Positions 40,380 through 42,723 of a stretch of DNA of 42,723 nucleotides are shown piece by piece. The notes beneath the pieces are model-generated. The model searched no databases. It was not told the origin of the DNA and saw only the letters and a program-made list of their open reading frames with translations. The translations under genes and the position numbers were made by a program. This DNA comes from Guillardia theta CCMP2712 (lineage: Eukaryota; Protista; Cryptophyta). Position 1 is the first letter of the stretch, and the number at the start of each line of letters is the position of its first letter. Location of the stretch: the NCBI RefSeq assembly GCF_000315625.1, contig NW_005434576.1, positions 208,836 to 251,558 of the forward strand, in the 5' to 3' direction.

Positions 40380-42723
40380 GCTGGGAACAAGGATGGGAAC
40401 GTGCGGCTGACTCACTTCAACGTGCTCGAAGGTGGGAGGAGGGAGTACCTGGCGCTCTCAGCAATGGAGTCCTGAGAAAGAGAGGCCATGATGAGACATG
40501 CAGGAGGGAGGAGGGAGGAGGGAGGAGGGAGGAGGGAGGAGGGAGGAGGGAGGAGGGAATAACGAGAAGTAGAGCAAGCTACCTGGTGCATTTGCAGCCA
40601 CTCGGAACGATGGATGCTCGCCTCCCCAGGTTCAACGCTCCGACTCCTTGAAGCAAGTGCGAGGTAAGGAGGAGAGTCGGAAGGGAAGGGAGACGGGGAC
40701 AAGGAGGAGGAGCAAGGCAGGACAAGGAGAGGGAGGAAGGGGGAGGGAGAAGGGGAGCGAGAGGACAAGCTTACCTTCTGGAAGATGAGACATCAGGGAA
40801 GGAGGATGAACTTGAAAAGGAGGACAAGACACGATCGACATTGGGACGCAGCCTGAGAAGCAGGAGAAGTTAGGACGGGAGGGAGAAGTTAGGACGGGAG
40901 GGAGAAGTTAGGACGGGAGGGAGGGGGAGGGAGGGAGGGAGGGAGGCGGCAGGAGAAAGAAAGGGAAGGAGGAAGGGAGAGAGGTAGCATGGGGGAGGGA
41001 GGGGAGTAGGCAGGGTGGATCCGAGGGGGGAAAGGGAGCGAGCCGCGGGAACGGCGGCCAAGAGCAAGACGAGGAGGGTAAGACAAACGAGGGAAGAAGC
41101 GGAACGGGAGATGCTCGGGAAGAGAAGCAAGGAGCAGGAAAAGGAGGTAGGGCGGGTGGGGACGGCAAAACATATGCTGCGCGTGTGGAAGGAGGGAGGA
41201 GAGGGGGAAGAGGCCGGGTTGCAAGGTCCAGGGAGGGAGGGAGAGCACCTGGGGTCGAGATGACGTTGGTGATGAATGAGAGAGCGTCGGTACACCTCAG
41301 CATCCGTCTTGGGAGGCTTCACCTCCACCTTCCTTATCGTGCTGGGAATCCCCAGCGTTTTGCGCCCTTGCCTCACGTCCTGTATGATGGCGGCAGTCGC
41401 ACTTCTCCGTTGCTCCTCCAGTCTCACGTAGACCTTGTAGCATCGCTCGCACACATGCGCTACATGGTTGCCTGAAGGGAGAGGACACGATCAGCTCACC
41501 TGCTGCTGCTGCTGCTGCTGCTCCTCCTCCTCCTCCCCCTCCTCCTCCTCGGGTATCAAACTTGTCTTTCTTCCCCTTTCCTTCCTTCCCTCTCTCAATA
41601 CTTCTTCCTCCCCAAATCCCCCAACCTGAGATCTCCATCATTTTCCTTCTCCTTTTCTCCATCATACCCCTCAATGCACTTCTCTCCATCCTCCTTCTCC
41701 CTCCTCTCCCTCCTCCTCCTTCTACCCCCCCCCCCCCCTCCCTTCTCACCTCCCATAGGTCGTTCCGGGAGCCACACCACAGGCTTCAGGTGCTTCTTCT
41801 CCGCCCACCACAAGTGATCCTCCGTTATCCTCTCCGTCTCCGTCTCCCCTGGAGGATGAAGGATCCGCCCGACAGCGGAGGGGCCAGTCTCCTGCACCCT
41901 TCCTCCCTCCTCTCTGTTCGCCAACTTTGCCAAGTTCTTCCACTTGATGAAGCACTTGCCTGTGCTCATCAACCACAGCTTCAGGACCTCTGCAGGAAAC
42001 TCGTCCGCCGCCTCCTCCTCCTCCTCCTTGCTCGTCGCATGCGAGCGCAGCCCGTACAGCTTCGCGTCCCTCTCCTCCAGCTCCTTGAGCTTGGTTGCGT
42101 CCAACTTCTTCTGTCCTGCGACTGCTGCCCTGTAGTGCCTCAGGTAGACAGGATGGTACCTGTGCTTACTCAGCTGCTTCATTCCGCTCTCCTGCTCCAT
42201 CCCCTTCACCGTGCTCCTCCTCCATGTCTCCACCGCCTTCATCACGCTGCTCGCGATCCTCACCCTCATCGATTCCTCGTTGGCCTCCAAAAGCTCCCGC
42301 AGGTCGATCGTCTTCCCTGTCGTCTCCGTCTCGCTCGCCGTCTGCATCCTGCTCCTTCCTCCTCCCCGTCCTGCCGCTTCATGTACACGATGTGCGGCTT
42401 CGTGACTCGTTTCCTGTCCCTCCCTCCTCCCACGTGCGGCAGCTCCAGCAGACGTCTCCCTACCCTCTTCTCCTCCTTCCCAGATGCAGTCGAGCTGGGG
42501 ACTCTAACGACGCAGCTGATCCCCCACAGCAGCAGCTCAGCTGGTTGCTTCCCCTCGTGCACCTGGTCGGCAATCCGCAGCGTCCACGTGCCCCTCACCT
42601 CCTCCCCCTTCATAAGCGCTATGCTCTGCTTCAGCACCACGTCCTTCTTCCCCCGCTCCGGCCCCCCACCTCCCTCCTCCTCCTCCTCCTCTTCCTCGAA
42701 GTCCAGCTCGACCCTGTCTAGCT
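40380..42723 (-). CDS. Partial multi-exon hypothetical protein with a proprotein-convertase P-domain-like segment and a CxxC motif; 5' part lies off the right edge, 3' end uncertain
   Basis: IALMKGEEVRGTWTLRIADQVHEGKQPAELLLWGISC matches the P-domain C-half pattern (GE..G.W.L.I.D....L..W.I); later VCERCYKVY and helical segments; a 50-nt GT-AG intron (aagagg|gtaggg...gacag) joins the two ORFs. Confidence 0.55.
40863..40919. repeat. 19-bp tandem repeat x3 containing the CTAAC branch-point word on the minus strand
   Basis: ggagaagttaggacgggag x3, next to the minus-strand acceptor cttctcag. Confidence 0.9.

Overview
Gene-dense, GC-rich eukaryotic nuclear DNA with many short (about 40-60 nt) spliceosomal introns. 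A bipartite signal+Phe-transit-peptide protein points to an alga with a complex red plastid; the intron style and intergenic texture suggest a cryptophyte (Hanusia/Guillardia-like; inference). Genes in order: UBR3-like RING E3 ligase (-, runs off the left edge); EF-hand-like+PH paralog 1; a thioredoxin-like/coiled-coil protein; a hypothetical membrane protein (-); PH paralog 2; an inverted PH pseudo-fragment; PH paralog 3; a secretory Ig-like+GT-A glycosyltransferase spanning two assembly gaps; a secretory type-I DnaJ with an extra C-terminal domain (-); a plastid-targeted MOT2/MFSD5 transporter; an F-box+cyclin (-); a COG0523/ZNG1 GTPase; mitochondrial uS9 (-); and a partial P-domain protein (-). 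Most notable: (i) a PH-gene family whose ~640-bp core is almost identical and mosaic while the flanks are old and diverged, plus an inverted fragment that could form a 185-bp hairpin; (ii) two-tier intergenic islands (palindrome-word islands at gene 5' ends, with ACCCC blocks only before the PH genes and the cyclin); (iii) an F-box cyclin retaining CDK-contact residues. Exon boundaries, counts and domain calls were made by eye, without tools.
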